Assembly: GCA_003567725.1 (NCBI GenBank)
Contig: PWYU01000088.1
Span: 551-64,550 of the forward strand
DNA: 64,000 bases
Source: Syntrophomonadaceae bacterium
Lineage (GTDB): Bacteria; Bacillota; Dethiobacteria; DTU022
Direction of reading: 5' to 3'
Shown here: positions 51,272 through 63,291 of the stretch, in pieces
Numbering within the stretch: the stretch's first letter is position 1
Layout: each line of letters opens with the position of its first letter
The notes under the pieces: generated by a model
Seen by the model: only the letters and a program-made list of their open reading frames with translations
What the model was told of the DNA's origin: nothing
Database searches by the model: none
Program-made: the position numbers and the translations under genes

Positions 51272-51449
51272 CTGTCATTAAATTTCTGCCTGGTTTAAAT
51301 ATTTTAAGCTCTAATAGCAATACTCACTGCCGGTAGAATTAAAATATACTGCCAGTTAATAGTATCTGTATGCTATTAAAATCATATGCATCTAGTATTT
51401 TAATTAAAAATGACTATTTAAATATATATTATCAGCAATTTAGAGCATA

Positions 51450-51908
51450 TTATACTATAAATCTAACCTCTATACCAGCTTCGGAAAATATTTTTTTGGC
51501 CAGGGAATCCGGATAATTATCAGCCAGTATCAGGGATGTGACACCGGCATTAACCAGCATTTTTGCACAAACAGCACACGGGTAATGGGTACAGTACAAA
51601 GCAGAGTCCCTTATAGCCACACCATGAACTGCAGCTTGAATTATGGCATTTTGTTCAGCATGCAGCCCACGGCATAGCTCATGCCGCTCGCCGGAGGGTA
51701 TTTGCATTTCCTGACGCAAGCAGCCTACTTCACCACAATGGTTGAGGCCAACTGGCGCACCATTATAGCCAGTAGCCAAAATTCTTTTATTAAAGACTAG
51801 CAGCGACCCTACCTGTCGCCTCATGCATGTCGAGCGAGAAGCAACAACAACCGCTATCTCCATAAAGTAATGGTCCCAATCAGGCCTTTCTACCAATCGA
51901 ACCTCCAA
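51450..51908 (-). CDS. dCMP/cytidine deaminase-family zinc enzyme (ComEB-like).
   Basis: Zinc motifs HAEQNAI and PCAVCAKML. Confidence 0.85.
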   Translation of the reverse strand: MEVRLVERPDWDHYFMEIAVVVASRSTCMRRQVGSLLVFNKRILATGYNGAPVGLNHCGEVGCLRQEMQIPSGERHELCRGLHAEQNAIIQAAVHGVAIRDSALYCTHYPCAVCAKMLVNAGVTSLILADNYPDSLAKKIFSEAGIEVRFIV

Positions 51909-52006
51909 ATATTCTCCGGCTGAAATAAAACTCCAACCGTTGTTTTATTTATTACATTTACTTTTATAACTTTACCGATATAAAGCATTTTTAGATAGGA
52001 TAAACG

Positions 52007-52471
52007 TTACTCTGATTTAACATTTATTTCTTTTGCTTCCACTTCCGTAATTTTTTTGATTCGATTGGAGTGCCTCCCACCGGCAAATGAGGTGTTTAAG
52101 AATTGATCAACAATATTTAAAGCCAGCCCCGGACCAATCACCCTGGAGCCCATAGTTAAGACATTAGCTCCATTATGCTCCCTTGCGTATTTTGCAGAAT
52201 AAGCTTGACAGCAAAGGGCAGCCCTGATTCCTTTAAATTTATTTGCCGCAATAGACATTCCTATCCCTGTTCCACAAATTAGAATTCCGTAACTGTATTC
52301 ACCTGAACAGACTGCTTTAGAAACAGAAAAGGCAATGTCCGGGTAATCTGCCCGATCTTCTGAATAAACGCCAAAATCTTTGCAGATATAAGACAAGTTA
52401 TCTAGATGCTTACGGACATGTTCTTTCAATATGTAGCCGGCATGATCACTGCCAAGCGCAATTTTCATCAC
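52007..52471 (-). CDS. rpiB: Ribose-5-phosphate isomerase B.
   Basis: MKIALGSDHAGYILKEHV...ILICGTGIGMSIAANK, the RpiB/LacA/LacB family signature. Confidence 0.9.
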   Translation of the reverse strand: MMKIALGSDHAGYILKEHVRKHLDNLSYICKDFGVYSEDRADYPDIAFSVSKAVCSGEYSYGILICGTGIGMSIAANKFKGIRAALCCQAYSAKYAREHNGANVLTMGSRVIGPGLALNIVDQFLNTSFAGGRHSNRIKKITEVEAKEINVKSE

Positions 52472-52986
52472 CTATTCATCCTTCCTTTTTCCTGCTTCTC
52501 TTTGTCTTCCATTAACTTAGTGCTTAATTTCTTGATACAGGCTCTAATCTCCTCTAACACTTCCCGATATTTTTTTAAGTTATCCCCCAAAGGATCGCCA
52601 ATATCGGGATCAAGATAATCGATTGCAGTATATTCTTTCAGGGTGAAGGTTTTACCTGCTAACCCAGGGAAAAGCTCAAGCAGCTGCTTTTGATGGTCCC
52701 TGGTCATAACCAGGATTAGATCTGCATCATCAACTATCTCCTTATTTATAGATGTGGCTGAATGGTGATCCAGATCTTCGATTCCTTCCTCTCTCAATAA
52801 ATTGCGGGAATGGATCGATGCTTTTTCACCCTCCACTGCAGATAATCCTGCAGACGAAGCGGTTACCTGAAAAGACAGCTCATTATGGACGGGATCATGG
52901 TTGAACAAAGCTTCGGCCATCGGGCTGCGACAGGTATTTCCGGTACAAAGGAACAGTATTTTCAACACTACAATCCCTCCTTCCAT
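52468..52986 (-). CDS. Low-molecular-weight protein tyrosine/arginine phosphatase (YwlE-like).
   Basis: P-loop CTGNTCRS (ILFLCTGNTCRSPMAEALF). Confidence 0.9.
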   Translation of the reverse strand: MEGGIVVLKILFLCTGNTCRSPMAEALFNHDPVHNELSFQVTASSAGLSAVEGEKASIHSRNLLREEGIEDLDHHSATSINKEIVDDADLILVMTRDHQKQLLELFPGLAGKTFTLKEYTAIDYLDPDIGDPLGDNLKKYREVLEEIRACIKKLSTKLMEDKEKQEKGRMNR

Positions 52987-53004
52987 TTATTTTTTTGATT
53001 AAGC

Positions 53005-54060
53005 CTATCCTACATGTAAAATCCTGGTTGCCGCTTTTTTTAAGCGGTTCATTACCGCCAGGCCAAGCCCCGCAGGGCTGATTTCCTCTGCCAGGATTAT
53101 ATCTATGCCCTGCTGGTCCATACGGCGCATGGAATCATATAAAGTGGATGCCAGCTGCTCCGGACTGGCATTACATTTTAAGCTACCTTGCAGTGAAGTG
53201 TTGAGATAGCCTACCTTAAAACCCAGCTTCAGGTAATAGGCCGCCAGGATTTTGATTACAGTAAATCTCATTGAGGCTAAGCCGGTAATTAGGATTAACC
53301 TGGCTTCAGGAGAATAATGACGATATTTCATGCCCGGGGAAAGAGGTGTTCCATTTTGTTTTTCTAATTCGGCTATGAGGATATTCTCACCTAATATTTT
53401 TTCCAATTGTTCTTTAGATACACCGCCGGGCCGTAAAATTACTGGCTGTTCCCTTGTAAGATCAAGAACAGTAGATTCAACACCAACCTTACAGGGAGTG
53501 CTTTTAATCACTGCCTCAATCCGGCCGGTTAAATCTTCTAAAACATGCCGGTAATTAGTCGGGCTGGGGCGCCCGGAAAGATTAGCGCTGGGAGCTGCAA
53601 TAGGAACCCCGGATAAATGAATTAATTCCAGGGCAGATTGGTGATCTGGCATCCGCACAGCAACTGATGGAAGGCCGGCGGAGACAAGGGCTGGTATTTT
53701 CTCATTACGAGTAAGGACTATACTTAAAGGCCCCGGCCAGAAGCAGCTTGCCAGATCAAACGCCTTGTCCGGTATATTACGGGCAACTGATTTAAGTTGA
53801 TCGCAATCTGAAAGGTGGACAATAAGCGGATTATCTGGTGGCCGGCCTTTAGCTCTATAGATCCGGGCTACAGCGGCCGCATTGTTGGCTGCCGCCCCTA
53901 ACCCATAGACTGTCTCCGTTGGAAATGCTACCAGCCCACCACTTTTAATTATTTGTGCAGCTTTTTCTAAGGAACGGTGATCTTCTTTTAGCAGTAAAGT
54001 CCCTTTAACTGAAAAGGGCATTAATCTTCTCCTATTTTCAGATCGTTTAATATTCTTCAA
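53005..54060 (-). CDS. tsaC: L-threonylcarbamoyladenylate synthase (Sua5/YwlC type, with C-terminal Sua5 domain).
   Basis: YrdC-fold motif VAFPTETVYGLGA...KGRPPDNPLIVH, plus a roughly 120-aa C-terminal extension. Confidence 0.9.
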   Translation of the reverse strand: MKNIKRSENRRRLMPFSVKGTLLLKEDHRSLEKAAQIIKSGGLVAFPTETVYGLGAAANNAAAVARIYRAKGRPPDNPLIVHLSDCDQLKSVARNIPDKAFDLASCFWPGPLSIVLTRNEKIPALVSAGLPSVAVRMPDHQSALELIHLSGVPIAAPSANLSGRPSPTNYRHVLEDLTGRIEAVIKSTPCKVGVESTVLDLTREQPVILRPGGVSKEQLEKILGENILIAELEKQNGTPLSPGMKYRHYSPEARLILITGLASMRFTVIKILAAYYLKLGFKVGYLNTSLQGSLKCNASPEQLASTLYDSMRRMDQQGIDIILAEEISPAGLGLAVMNRLKKAATRILHVG

Positions 54061-55651
54061 GAATCAGTTCAGCTATATTTTTGGCATGATCAGCGACTCT
54101 TTCCAGGTTGCTTAGCAAATCGAGGAAGATAACGCCCGCAGAGGGATGGCATATTTTCGTATTAATACGTTCGATATGTTTATTGCGCAATATTTTCTCC
54201 TGAGCATCGATTTCGTCGTCTTCTGCAGATACTTCTTTAGCCAATTCTTTATCATCATGCTCAAAGGCAGCAACCGCTTTTTTTAACATATTGGCAACCT
54301 GGGCACTGAAAGATCTAACCTCTTCCTCAGCAATATTAGTAAAGGGCAGTCTATCTTCAGTTTTCATTTCGCCAAGCTGCATAATATTTTCGGAATGATC
54401 ACCGATTCGTTCCAGGTCATTGGCTGCAGACATAATGTTGCCAATCATTTTAGTTTGCTGTTGAGACATTGAGTGCTGGGATAATTCGGAAAGATAAACA
54501 TTAATTTCTTTTTCCAGGCCATCGATCAATTCCTCCATCTGATCGATATGTTTAATTTTTTTCAGATCTTTTGTTAGAAAAACTTTTATTGATTCATCCA
54601 ACATTTCCTGGGCAATACTGGCCATGCGCAGCAACTCCTGTTTGGCACCGCCAATCGCGACTGCTGGAGTCTTCATAATGCGGGCATCCAAGTACTTGGG
54701 ACCAAAATCAAGCTTTTTATCCTCACCTGGAATAATGTAGCAGATAAGGCGTTTAAAGTACTTTAATAATATTAAAAAAACCAGGGTGTTAAAAACATTG
54801 AAAGCAGTATGGGTATTGGCTACCTGCCTGGGCACAGTTTCTGCTGTTTCTACAATAACACTGGTAAAAGGGTCGAGGAATATCAAGACCAGGATCACGC
54901 CAACAATATTAAAGACAACATGAGCGGCAGCCGCTCGCCTGGCTGCAACATTAGCACCTATTCCGGCTAAAACAGCTGTAATACTGGTGCCAATATTGGT
55001 TCCCAGTATTAGAGGAACAGCTGCATCGAAGGGTATTAAATCCTGGACCGTTAAAGCGATAATCACACCTGTAGCTGCGCTGCTGCTCTGAATTAATGCT
55101 GTAAACACGGCGCCGGCAAGAATTCCTAGAATTGGATAGATGCTGAACTGACGCAACATTTGATGAAAGGAATCCAAATCACGCAAAGGACTCATTCCCT
55201 CTGACATCGTAATCATGCCCAAGAACAACAAGCCGAGACCAAGCACAGTTTGTCCCAGGTAGCGCTGAAAACGTCGCCTGCCAAAAAAGTTAAGCAATGA
55301 ACCTATTCCGATAGCAGGCAATGCAATAACCCATATTTCAAAGGAAACCAGCTGGGCGGTAACTGTAGTCCCCACGTTCGCCCCAATTATTACACTGATT
55401 GCCTGGGATAGGTTCATCAACCCCGCATTGGCAAAGCCTACAACCATAACACTGGCTGTGCTGCTGCTTTGCACCAGGATTGTTACCAGGATGCCGGTTA
55501 AAACTCCAATTACCGGTTTATTGGTTAAGACTTCAAGAATGCGACGAAAACGATCACCTGCCGCTTTCTGCATCCCTGATGCCATAATTTGAATGCCAAA
55601 CAAAAACAAACCCAAGCCGCCAAGTGAAGTAAAGGCGATTTCCCAGAACAA
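54047..55651 (-). CDS. Na+/phosphate cotransporter-family protein (NptA-like) with C-terminal PhoU-like repeats.
   Basis: 534 aa. Two inverted transmembrane repeats with SST/QSSS motifs, and a cytoplasmic helical tail. Confidence 0.8.
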   Translation of the reverse strand: MFWEIAFTSLGGLGLFLFGIQIMASGMQKAAGDRFRRILEVLTNKPVIGVLTGILVTILVQSSSTASVMVVGFANAGLMNLSQAISVIIGANVGTTVTAQLVSFEIWVIALPAIGIGSLLNFFGRRRFQRYLGQTVLGLGLLFLGMITMSEGMSPLRDLDSFHQMLRQFSIYPILGILAGAVFTALIQSSSAATGVIIALTVQDLIPFDAAVPLILGTNIGTSITAVLAGIGANVAARRAAAAHVVFNIVGVILVLIFLDPFTSVIVETAETVPRQVANTHTAFNVFNTLVFLILLKYFKRLICYIIPGEDKKLDFGPKYLDARIMKTPAVAIGGAKQELLRMASIAQEMLDESIKVFLTKDLKKIKHIDQMEELIDGLEKEINVYLSELSQHSMSQQQTKMIGNIMSAANDLERIGDHSENIMQLGEMKTEDRLPFTNIAEEEVRSFSAQVANMLKKAVAAFEHDDKELAKEVSAEDDEIDAQEKILRNKHIERINTKICHPSAGVIFLDLLSNLERVADHAKNIAELILEEY

Positions 55652-55915
55652 TAGCTAACCTCCCTGAGGAGCCGTATATTATTGCTGATCAACTATTATT
55701 TAAATTATAAAGCAGAAAATAACCCTTTACAATAAACAATAACACTTAAACTGGTATTTCGTAAAGTAAAATAATGCGTCAAGCAATTGGCGTTAACAGC
55801 GGAATTATTAAATATATTACAATAACTCCATTTAAATCTGATGCTACCGGTAATAATAGCAAAAGAGAGGAGCCTGTCAAGTATGATATAATCAAAAAAC
55901 GGGGGTGTTGGACAA

Positions 55916-56335
55916 TTGTCTGAATTAATTCGTTTTGGCATATCAATGGACAAAGACTTGTTGGGCAGGCTGGACAAGGAAATTGTAAAAAGAGGCTACC
56001 CCAATCGATCGGAGGCAATCCGTGATTTAGTCAGATCACAACTGGTTGAACTGGAATGGTCCCAGGAAGATGAAGAGGTTGCCGGCACAGTAACAATTAT
56101 TTATGATCATCACGTTCGAGGTTTAAGCGATATGCTTTTAGAGCTGCAGCATGAACACCATGAAATGATCATTTCAGTTATGCACGTCCATCTAGAACAT
56201 GATAATTGCCTCGAAATAATGGTTATTAAAGGAAAGGCCAGTGAAGCTAGAGAGCTGGCCGGGAGATTAATCGGGGTTAAAGGAGTTAAACATGGTAAAT
56301 TAACAATTTCATCAACCGGTAAAAGGTTGAATTAA
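55916..56335 (+). CDS. nikR: Nickel-responsive transcriptional regulator NikR.
   Basis: Ribbon-helix-helix N-terminus (IRFGISMDKDLLGRLD) and a C-terminal ACT-like domain with the high-affinity Ni site (HHE...H...C: HEHHEMIISVMHVHLEHDNC). Confidence 0.85.
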   Translation: MSELIRFGISMDKDLLGRLDKEIVKRGYPNRSEAIRDLVRSQLVELEWSQEDEEVAGTVTIIYDHHVRGLSDMLLELQHEHHEMIISVMHVHLEHDNCLEIMVIKGKASEARELAGRLIGVKGVKHGKLTISSTGKRLN

Positions 56336-56423
56336 ATTATACCCCTATTTCCAGCTACCATAAATATAACTAGAGCGAGGCTTCTTCAGGCACTTACTCT
56401 TGCTGGCTGACATGCTATGCTTA

Positions 56424-57356
56424 TTAGATTAAACCTTCTATTACCCGCGGCCAGCCGTTAAGGTCAATACGCCATTTAAGCGATTTAAAAAGGCCTGTAT
56501 TAAAGCATAACGTTTCAATTTCTTCTTTTTGTGTGGATCCCACCTCCATTAGAAGTACAGCAGGGCCTTCCACAAATTCCCCAATACGGGATAAAATAGC
56601 CCGATAACCATCTAAACCGTCATAACCTCCGTCCAACGCACCCGCTGGCTCATAATCTTTAACTCCCCTGGGTAGCGTTTCAAGCTCTTTTTCCCCCAGA
56701 TAAGGTGGATTTGAAACTATCAAGTGTAAACGTGGTTTAAGCTCAGTGCAGTCAAAAGCATCAAAATAGTCACCCTGTAGAAAGTGAATGCGATTGGCTA
56801 CAGCATGTTCTATAGCATTTAGCCTGGCTACTTTTAAAGAGGCTCCTGAGATATCGCTCGCCCATAGAAGCGAATCAGGAAGCAGCAAGGCCAGAGTAAC
56901 AGCAAGGGCCCCGCTGCCTGTGCCCAGGTCAGCACATTCAATTGGCTGATCATGTCTGGTTTTGAGCCATGCATGCCATTCCAAAGCGCAGTCAACAATT
57001 AGCTCGGTTTCCGGCCTGGGAATTAAAACATCCCGGTTTATGATAAAACGCTTGCCATAAAAATATTTTTCACCAGCGATATAGGCAAACGGTTCCTGAC
57101 GACATCTGCGTTCAACTGCGTCTTGAAAAAAGGATCCTAATTCCGGAGTCAAAATTTCATCCTGAGAGAGAAACAGTTTCAGCCGATCGGTTTTCATAAT
57201 TAAAGCCAACAGATATTCCGCCTCTTTTCGAGGTTGGTCTATGCAGGCTTTTTGCAAGCAAAAAGAAGCTCTCTGTAGAGCTTCTTTAATCGTCCGGTCT
57301 TTCAATAGTTTGTCATCCTCCATTAACTTTAAGCTGTTCAGACCGATCATTAGCAA
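56424..57356 (-). CDS. prmC: Release-factor glutamine N5-methyltransferase (PrmC/HemK).
   Basis: SAM motif DLGTGSGA and substrate motif NPPY (IVSNPPYL). Confidence 0.9.
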   Translation of the reverse strand: MLMIGLNSLKLMEDDKLLKDRTIKEALQRASFCLQKACIDQPRKEAEYLLALIMKTDRLKLFLSQDEILTPELGSFFQDAVERRCRQEPFAYIAGEKYFYGKRFIINRDVLIPRPETELIVDCALEWHAWLKTRHDQPIECADLGTGSGALAVTLALLLPDSLLWASDISGASLKVARLNAIEHAVANRIHFLQGDYFDAFDCTELKPRLHLIVSNPPYLGEKELETLPRGVKDYEPAGALDGGYDGLDGYRAILSRIGEFVEGPAVLLMEVGSTQKEEIETLCFNTGLFKSLKWRIDLNGWPRVIEGLI

Positions 57357-58383
57357 TCAGTTCACTAATTATTTCATCAAGATCTCCATTAAGAACCAAT
57401 TCTAATTTATGTAAAGTTAAACCGATCCGGTGATCGGTAACCCTGTTTTGCGGGAAGTTATATGTGCGTATCCTTTCGCTGCGATCGCCGCTTCCAACCA
57501 TTGTTTTCCTCGTTTCAGCCAGTTCAGCTGTCTGTTCAGATATATATTTATCCAAAAGGCGGCTTCGCAATATTCGTAAAGCTTTTTCCTTGTTTTGAAG
57601 CTGTGATTTTTCATCTTGACAGCTAACCACCAGGCCAGTAGGAATATGAGTGATGCGAATAGCGGACTGAGTTGTATTGACACTTTGCCCACCCGGCCCG
57701 GTTGCACAAAAAGTATCAATCCGTAAATCCTGCTGGCTTATTTCAACTTCTACTTCTTCTACTTCGGGTAGAACGGCCACTGTGGCAGCAGAAGTATGGA
57801 TACGTCCTCCTGACTCAGTGGAGGGGATTCGCTGAACGCGGTGCACACCACTTTCAAATTTTAACCGGCTGTAGGCACCTTTACCCTCAATCCCCAAAAT
57901 AACTTCTTTATAGCCCCCGATATCAGTAGGATGTGCTTCTACAATTTCTGCTTTCAAATTATTTTGTTCGGCATAACGTGAATACATTTTTAATAGATCT
58001 GCAGCAAAAAGAGCTGCCTCTTCTCCGCCGGTCCCTGCTCTTATCTCAATAAAAACATTTTTTTCATCATAAGGATCTTTAGGAAGCAATTCTTCTTTGA
58101 GATCAGCTTCAAGCTTTTCCTTTTCCTGTTTCAAGGTTTCAACTTCATCTTTAAAGTATTCTTCCATATCTTCATCTTCGTTGCCGGAAATTAATTCTTC
58201 CGCTTCTTTGATTTCCAAATCAACTTTTTTCAAATGGCGGAACAGCTCCACAACCGGAACGATAGAGGCCATTTCCTTGGATAGATTCATCCACTCTTCA
58301 CGACGCTCTATAACCTCGTGATCACTGAGCAGCTGTTCCAGTTCATCATATCTTTTTTCAATCATCTCCAGTTTATCTTGCAT
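57313..58383 (-). CDS. prfA: Peptide chain release factor 1.
   Basis: PxT-type tripeptide region and GGQ ([23 protein letters not shown]). Confidence 0.95.
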   Translation of the reverse strand: MQDKLEMIEKRYDELEQLLSDHEVIERREEWMNLSKEMASIVPVVELFRHLKKVDLEIKEAEELISGNEDEDMEEYFKDEVETLKQEKEKLEADLKEELLPKDPYDEKNVFIEIRAGTGGEEAALFAADLLKMYSRYAEQNNLKAEIVEAHPTDIGGYKEVILGIEGKGAYSRLKFESGVHRVQRIPSTESGGRIHTSAATVAVLPEVEEVEVEISQQDLRIDTFCATGPGGQSVNTTQSAIRITHIPTGLVVSCQDEKSQLQNKEKALRILRSRLLDKYISEQTAELAETRKTMVGSGDRSERIRTYNFPQNRVTDHRIGLTLHKLELVLNGDLDEIISELIANDRSEQLKVNGG

Positions 58384-59287
58384 CAGCAGTCACCTCTGCC
58401 TCGCTATCACAGACAGACTGTTTTTGACCATCTTCATGCTCAAGAACAGCTTTTAGCGCAGATAAAGCCACTTCAAGCTGACTTTTATCAGGCTCTAAAG
58501 TCGTCAACCGCTGCAACCATAAACCAGGTGCTACCATGAGCTTTACCAGCGGTGATGAACTCCTTGCTGAATAACGGATCGCTTCATAGGAAAGGCCTGC
58601 TACGACTGGTAGCAATAATAACCTTAAAGCAATCCTTTGAGCCAAATCAGGCCAACCAAAAAAAGAAAATAAGATGATACTGATAACCATCACCGTAAGG
58701 ATAAAGCTGGTTCCACAACGAGGATGACGGGTAGAAAAAGCATCTATATAATTTAAATCAAAGGTCTGATCATTTTCATAGCCATATATTACTTTATGCT
58801 CCGCCCCATGATACTGGAAAAACCGTTTGATATCGCCCCACCGGGAAATAATTACTATGTAAGAAATAAAAATAATCAGCCGGACCATCCCTTCGGTTAA
58901 ATTAAGCCAGATTGGTGGCCATGCTGGTAAGAAGCGGACAAGATAGGTAGGAAGGATAAAAAACAGACCAATTCCAAGCCCCAGGCCAAGAACAACTGTT
59001 AAAAAGCTGTGCCAGGCGGTAATTTCCTCTTCCTCTTCAGCCAGGGCTTCAGCTGCAGAAATATTTAAGGCTCGCACCCCCAGTATAAGAGCTTCAAAAA
59101 AAGCCACTGCTCCCCTAATTATCGGCCATCCTAAAGGCGGGTATTTTTTTGCCAGGGGCTTAATAGTTTCACAATGAATGCTAATACTATCATCTTCTCG
59201 CCGGCAAGCAATAGCCATATGATCTTGATAGCGCATCATAACTCCTTCTAAAACTGCCTGTCCCCCAACCTTGTGTTTGTTATTCAT
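58373..59287 (-). CDS. DUF1385 membrane protein (YqhQ-like).
   Basis: N-terminus [13 protein letters not shown], typical of DUF1385; several TM helices. Confidence 0.75.
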   Translation of the reverse strand: MNNKHKVGGQAVLEGVMMRYQDHMAIACRREDDSISIHCETIKPLAKKYPPLGWPIIRGAVAFFEALILGVRALNISAAEALAEEEEEITAWHSFLTVVLGLGLGIGLFFILPTYLVRFLPAWPPIWLNLTEGMVRLIIFISYIVIISRWGDIKRFFQYHGAEHKVIYGYENDQTFDLNYIDAFSTRHPRCGTSFILTVMVISIILFSFFGWPDLAQRIALRLLLLPVVAGLSYEAIRYSARSSSPLVKLMVAPGLWLQRLTTLEPDKSQLEVALSALKAVLEHEDGQKQSVCDSEAEVTADAR

Positions 59288-59345
59288 ATTAGATCCCTTC
59301 TTTACTTAAAGAAAAAAGCAGAGCGCACAGGCTCTGCTCGGCGCT

Positions 59346-59543
59346 TTACCTTCCGTATTTGCGTTTAAAGCGTTCTACACGGCCCCCGGTATCAACAAAT
59401 TTTTGCTTACCGGTAAAAAACGGGTGGCATTTGGAACAGATCTCTACTTTTAAAGATTCCTTGGTGGAACCGACTTCAAAAGTTTCTCCACAAGCACAGC
59501 TCACCCGGGCTTTATGAAATTCATGATGAATGTTTGGCTTCAT
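59346..59543 (-). CDS. rpmE: 50S ribosomal protein L31 (zinc-ribbon form).
   Basis: 65 aa; CxxC...CxxC (CACGETF...[11 protein letters not shown]). Confidence 0.9.
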   Translation of the reverse strand: MKPNIHHEFHKARVSCACGETFEVGSTKESLKVEICSKCHPFFTGKQKFVDTGGRVERFKRKYGR

Positions 59544-59885
59544 TTCTTTTCCTCCTTAATACTTTCTTCGACTACAAATCATAGCATATTGCCTTTTATT
59601 CTGCAACTAGCAATTAGAGAGTTCGCTGCGTCACCATGAGAAGGTTCTTTCTAGTCCCGCTCCACTCGTGTATATTTTTTAACCACCCAGAGTGGTAATA
59701 ACAAAGCCTCGATTAGATTCGGAGCAACAGAAGTGCGGGCGGTTCGGCGCGCGCCTACATAAAGTACGATAAACAACCGTCAGGCAGGTAGCCGTTCAAG
59801 GGTCAATCAGATCCGGCACAAAGCTATTGCCGATCTTCCAAGCATGCTTGTTTGCAGCTTGGATCCATTTTTGAGACAATACCGG

Positions 59886-61559
59886 TTAAAATACGGCCAC
59901 CTGAAATCCATAAATGATAATTAAGCCCAGAACTCCAACCATAAAGGTATAAAGAAGCGAAGGCACAATATTGCGCCTGATTACAAACCCTTCTCTACCG
60001 ACAATTCCACAAACAGCACAGGCGGCCACTACGTTATGCACAGCGATCATGTTTCCGGTTGCGCCGCCAACCGCCTGCATGGCAGAAGTTATTGTTATGG
60101 GTATTTCTAAGCCACCGGCAACACTAAACTGGAATCCGCCAAACAAGATATTTGACACTGTGTTCGAACCTGATACAAAAGCCCCAAGCGCCCCTACGAA
60201 AGGCGAAACCAGAGGCCAGGCCTGGCCAACTCGGGAAGCAGCAGCCTGGGACATAACCATAAGCATGCTGGGATAATCTGCGGCATTTATATCTGTCTGC
60301 ACCAGCACCCGGACCAGGGCCAGGGCAAAAAACAGGGCAATGGCAGCCGGAATTAATTGCTTTATCGTTCTCTGCCAGGCATCTTTGACCTTCTCCCCGG
60401 GAATTTGATGAAGCAAAATTGTAACCAGGGCAATCAAAATAAAAGGTATTGTACCTGGCAGCCATAACGGGGTTATATTCCAGGCTACTCCTTCCTGACC
60501 TAAAATTTCCGGCCATTCGAATGTAACAGCGGTTAATATCTTATCCAGGCCAAATAGCCCCAAACGGGTGATGACCAGGATTATGGCAACCAGGACGTAA
60601 GGCATCCAGGCCACAGGCATGGACATGGAAGATGCGGAAGATTTTTCTGCCCTATCCGTCTTCAGCGGTTCCCCCCAATCTTCTTCCCATTCTTCTTCCC
60701 GGGGGAAGTCCCAGGTTTCTTTGGGCACCAGGAAACCGGCCCGCGCTGCGGTTGTCACAATAAACAAACCGATCAATGCGCCAACAACAGAGGGAAGCTC
60801 CGGGCCGACAAAGTAGGCCATTATGAAGTAAGGAACGGTAAAGGACAACCCGGCAAAGATTGCAAAAGGTGTTGCTTTTAACCCTTCCTTGAAGGATTTA
60901 TTTTTACCATAAAACCGGGTCAGCATTGCCACTACTAATAAGGGAAGAAATGTTCCGACCAGGCCGTGGAAAACTGCCGACCAAATGCCGACTTCAACCA
61001 GGAATTCTCGCATGACCATGCCTTCCGGTAGCATGCCCGAAACAGCGGCTTCTGTACCTACAATAATCGGCGCACCCACTGCGCCAAAGGTCACCGAGGT
61101 TGAATTAAAAATAAGGGCTGACATCACTGCTGCCAGGGGCGGGAAACCAAGTCCCATCAAAAGAGGAGCAGCCAGGGCGGCAGGAGTGCCAAACCCGGCA
61201 GCCCCTTCAATAAACGATACAAACATCCAGCCGATAATCAAGACCTGGATGCGGCGATCAGGGGAAATCCCATCGAATCCCCTGTTAATTACATCTATTG
61301 CTCCGCTGTTTCTCATGGTGTTAAGCAGTAAAATCGCGCCGAAAACTATGATCAGGATGTCAAAAGCGGAAAGCACTCCTTCCAGGGTGGCCGCGACAAC
61401 TCGAACAAATTCGACCTGCCAGACAGCTAATCCTAGAATTACAGCCAGGCCCCAGGCCAGGGGCATCGTTTTTTTTGCCGGCCACATAAAACCAGCCATC
61501 AATACAATCACAAGCAGGATTGGTAGGGCAGCAGTTAATGCCAGTAGTTCATCAGGCAA
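59886..61559 (-). CDS. lctP: L-lactate permease (LctP family).
   Basis: 557 aa polytopic protein. The N-terminal region is typical LctP, and it is next to an FAD-linked oxidase gene. Confidence 0.8.
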   Translation of the reverse strand: MPDELLALTAALPILLVIVLMAGFMWPAKKTMPLAWGLAVILGLAVWQVEFVRVVAATLEGVLSAFDILIIVFGAILLLNTMRNSGAIDVINRGFDGISPDRRIQVLIIGWMFVSFIEGAAGFGTPAALAAPLLMGLGFPPLAAVMSALIFNSTSVTFGAVGAPIIVGTEAAVSGMLPEGMVMREFLVEVGIWSAVFHGLVGTFLPLLVVAMLTRFYGKNKSFKEGLKATPFAIFAGLSFTVPYFIMAYFVGPELPSVVGALIGLFIVTTAARAGFLVPKETWDFPREEEWEEDWGEPLKTDRAEKSSASSMSMPVAWMPYVLVAIILVITRLGLFGLDKILTAVTFEWPEILGQEGVAWNITPLWLPGTIPFILIALVTILLHQIPGEKVKDAWQRTIKQLIPAAIALFFALALVRVLVQTDINAADYPSMLMVMSQAAASRVGQAWPLVSPFVGALGAFVSGSNTVSNILFGGFQFSVAGGLEIPITITSAMQAVGGATGNMIAVHNVVAACAVCGIVGREGFVIRRNIVPSLLYTFMVGVLGLIIIYGFQVAVF

Positions 61560-61642
61560 TGGCAGGATCTCCTTTGCTATTTTTAGTTTCTTAGCAATCT
61601 AGCTCAGGTAATGGATCATTTTGCATAAAGACATTTTTAAAA

Positions 61643-63070
61643 TTACTCAATATCGAATATTTTACCGGGGTTGAGGATATTGTTGGGATCTAAGGCTTTT
61701 TTTATACTTTTCATCGATTCAATTTCAGTTTCTCCCAACACCAGAGGCAAATATTGTTTACGCTTATTACCGATCCCGTGTTCACCGCTGATTGTCCCCC
61801 CCAGCGTGTATATTTCCGAATAAAGATCGGTAAGCACTTTTGGAAGGAGATCCTGCCACTGTGCTTCCGTATGGGAAGGGTTTTTAACCACGGTGGCATG
61901 GAGGTTCCCGTCACCGGCATGTCCGTAACAGGGGATAAAAAGATCGTATTTTTGGGATAATTTTTCAAGAATCGGAAGAACCTGGGGGATTTTGCTCATG
62001 GGGACAACAATATCTTCCAGGGTCTGCCGCGGGCTGATCGCTTTAAAAGCTTCTGCGGCATTCCTGCGGACAGCCCAAATTTTTTCCTGGTCGGCTGGAG
62101 TTTGGGCCACATATGCATCCAAAGCCCCTTTTTCCGTGCAGAGGTCGCCAATATCCAAGCAGTCATTGAGGATTTGTTCTTCATCGTTACCATCCACTTC
62201 AATAATCAATACAGCACCAGCATTCTTGTACTGCTCCAGGCTTTGCCCTAAATGATTACAGCTGGTTTCCAGGGTAAGGCGATCCATGAATTCAATCCCG
62301 GTGGGGATAATCCCGACATCGGTCATTATTTTGGGAACCATGTCGATGGCTGTTTGTAAATCTTCAAAAAGAACCATCATATCTATTTTTGCCTTAGGCA
62401 GGGGAATCAATTTAACAATGATCTTGGTGAAAATACCGAGGGTTCCTTCAGAACCGACCATAAGCTGGACCATATTATAACCGGTGACATCTTTAACCCG
62501 CTTACCGCCAAAAAACGCCACTTCCCCTGAAGGCATTACTACTTCAAGTCCAATAATATAACGGCTGGTTGCCCCATACTTAATTGCCTTGCCACCGCCG
62601 GCATTTTCAGCAACATTGCCACCCAGGTAGCAGGTCAGAAGGCTCATAGGATAACCGGCAAAAAAAAGCCCTTCTTTTTGCACGGCAGAGCTAAAATCAT
62701 TAGTAATAATTCCCGGTTCAGTGACTGCCATCATATTGACCCTGTCAATTTCCAGGATCCGGTTCATTCTTTCTAAAGACACCAGGATTCCGCCCATGGC
62801 GGGAACTCCTCCCCCGGATAAACCGCTCCTTGCTCCCTGGGGGGTTACAGGGATTAGCTCTCTGTTAGCCAATTTCATGATTGCCGATATTTCTTTTGTA
62901 CTGTTGGGTTTGACCACTACCTCAGGCATGCTGTGATACTTTATTTCTGCGACTTCATCATGAGAATATTGTTTTAACTTTTCTTCATCATTAAACAAGA
63001 CATGCCTTTCACCTACAATGTTTTTTAAGGCATCCACTATGTCCGGGGTTACTCGTTGGTAATGATGCAT
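61643..63070 (-). CDS. FAD-linked oxidase (GlcD / D-lactate dehydrogenase family).
   Basis: 475 aa. FAD_binding_4 N-terminal domain (GGGVPAMGGILVSLERMNRI) and FAD-oxidase C-terminal domain. Confidence 0.8.
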   Translation of the reverse strand: MHHYQRVTPDIVDALKNIVGERHVLFNDEEKLKQYSHDEVAEIKYHSMPEVVVKPNSTKEISAIMKLANRELIPVTPQGARSGLSGGGVPAMGGILVSLERMNRILEIDRVNMMAVTEPGIITNDFSSAVQKEGLFFAGYPMSLLTCYLGGNVAENAGGGKAIKYGATSRYIIGLEVVMPSGEVAFFGGKRVKDVTGYNMVQLMVGSEGTLGIFTKIIVKLIPLPKAKIDMMVLFEDLQTAIDMVPKIMTDVGIIPTGIEFMDRLTLETSCNHLGQSLEQYKNAGAVLIIEVDGNDEEQILNDCLDIGDLCTEKGALDAYVAQTPADQEKIWAVRRNAAEAFKAISPRQTLEDIVVPMSKIPQVLPILEKLSQKYDLFIPCYGHAGDGNLHATVVKNPSHTEAQWQDLLPKVLTDLYSEIYTLGGTISGEHGIGNKRKQYLPLVLGETEIESMKSIKKALDPNNILNPGKIFDIE

Positions 63071-63291
63071 ACATAATCACCCAAAAATAATAAGAATTTA
63101 CTTTTAATAATAAACAAACCTTAAAAAGATGTTTTTTTAAAATGCTGGCAAGCCGCCAACAGTCTAAAGATAATGCTACGCAGATAAAGCTTTGTCATGA
63201 AATGGCAATTACCGTTAGATTATAAATTGTTTGGAATTTATTGTATCTACATGTTAACCTTTAATAACCGCATTTATCCTTATAACCCAGT

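Noticed and set aside
55860-55915. GTATGAT near the nikR start as a NikR operator half-site.
   Set aside because: No inverted partner TCATAC at the expected spacing. It more likely belongs to the -10 region (TATGATATAAT) of the nikR promoter.
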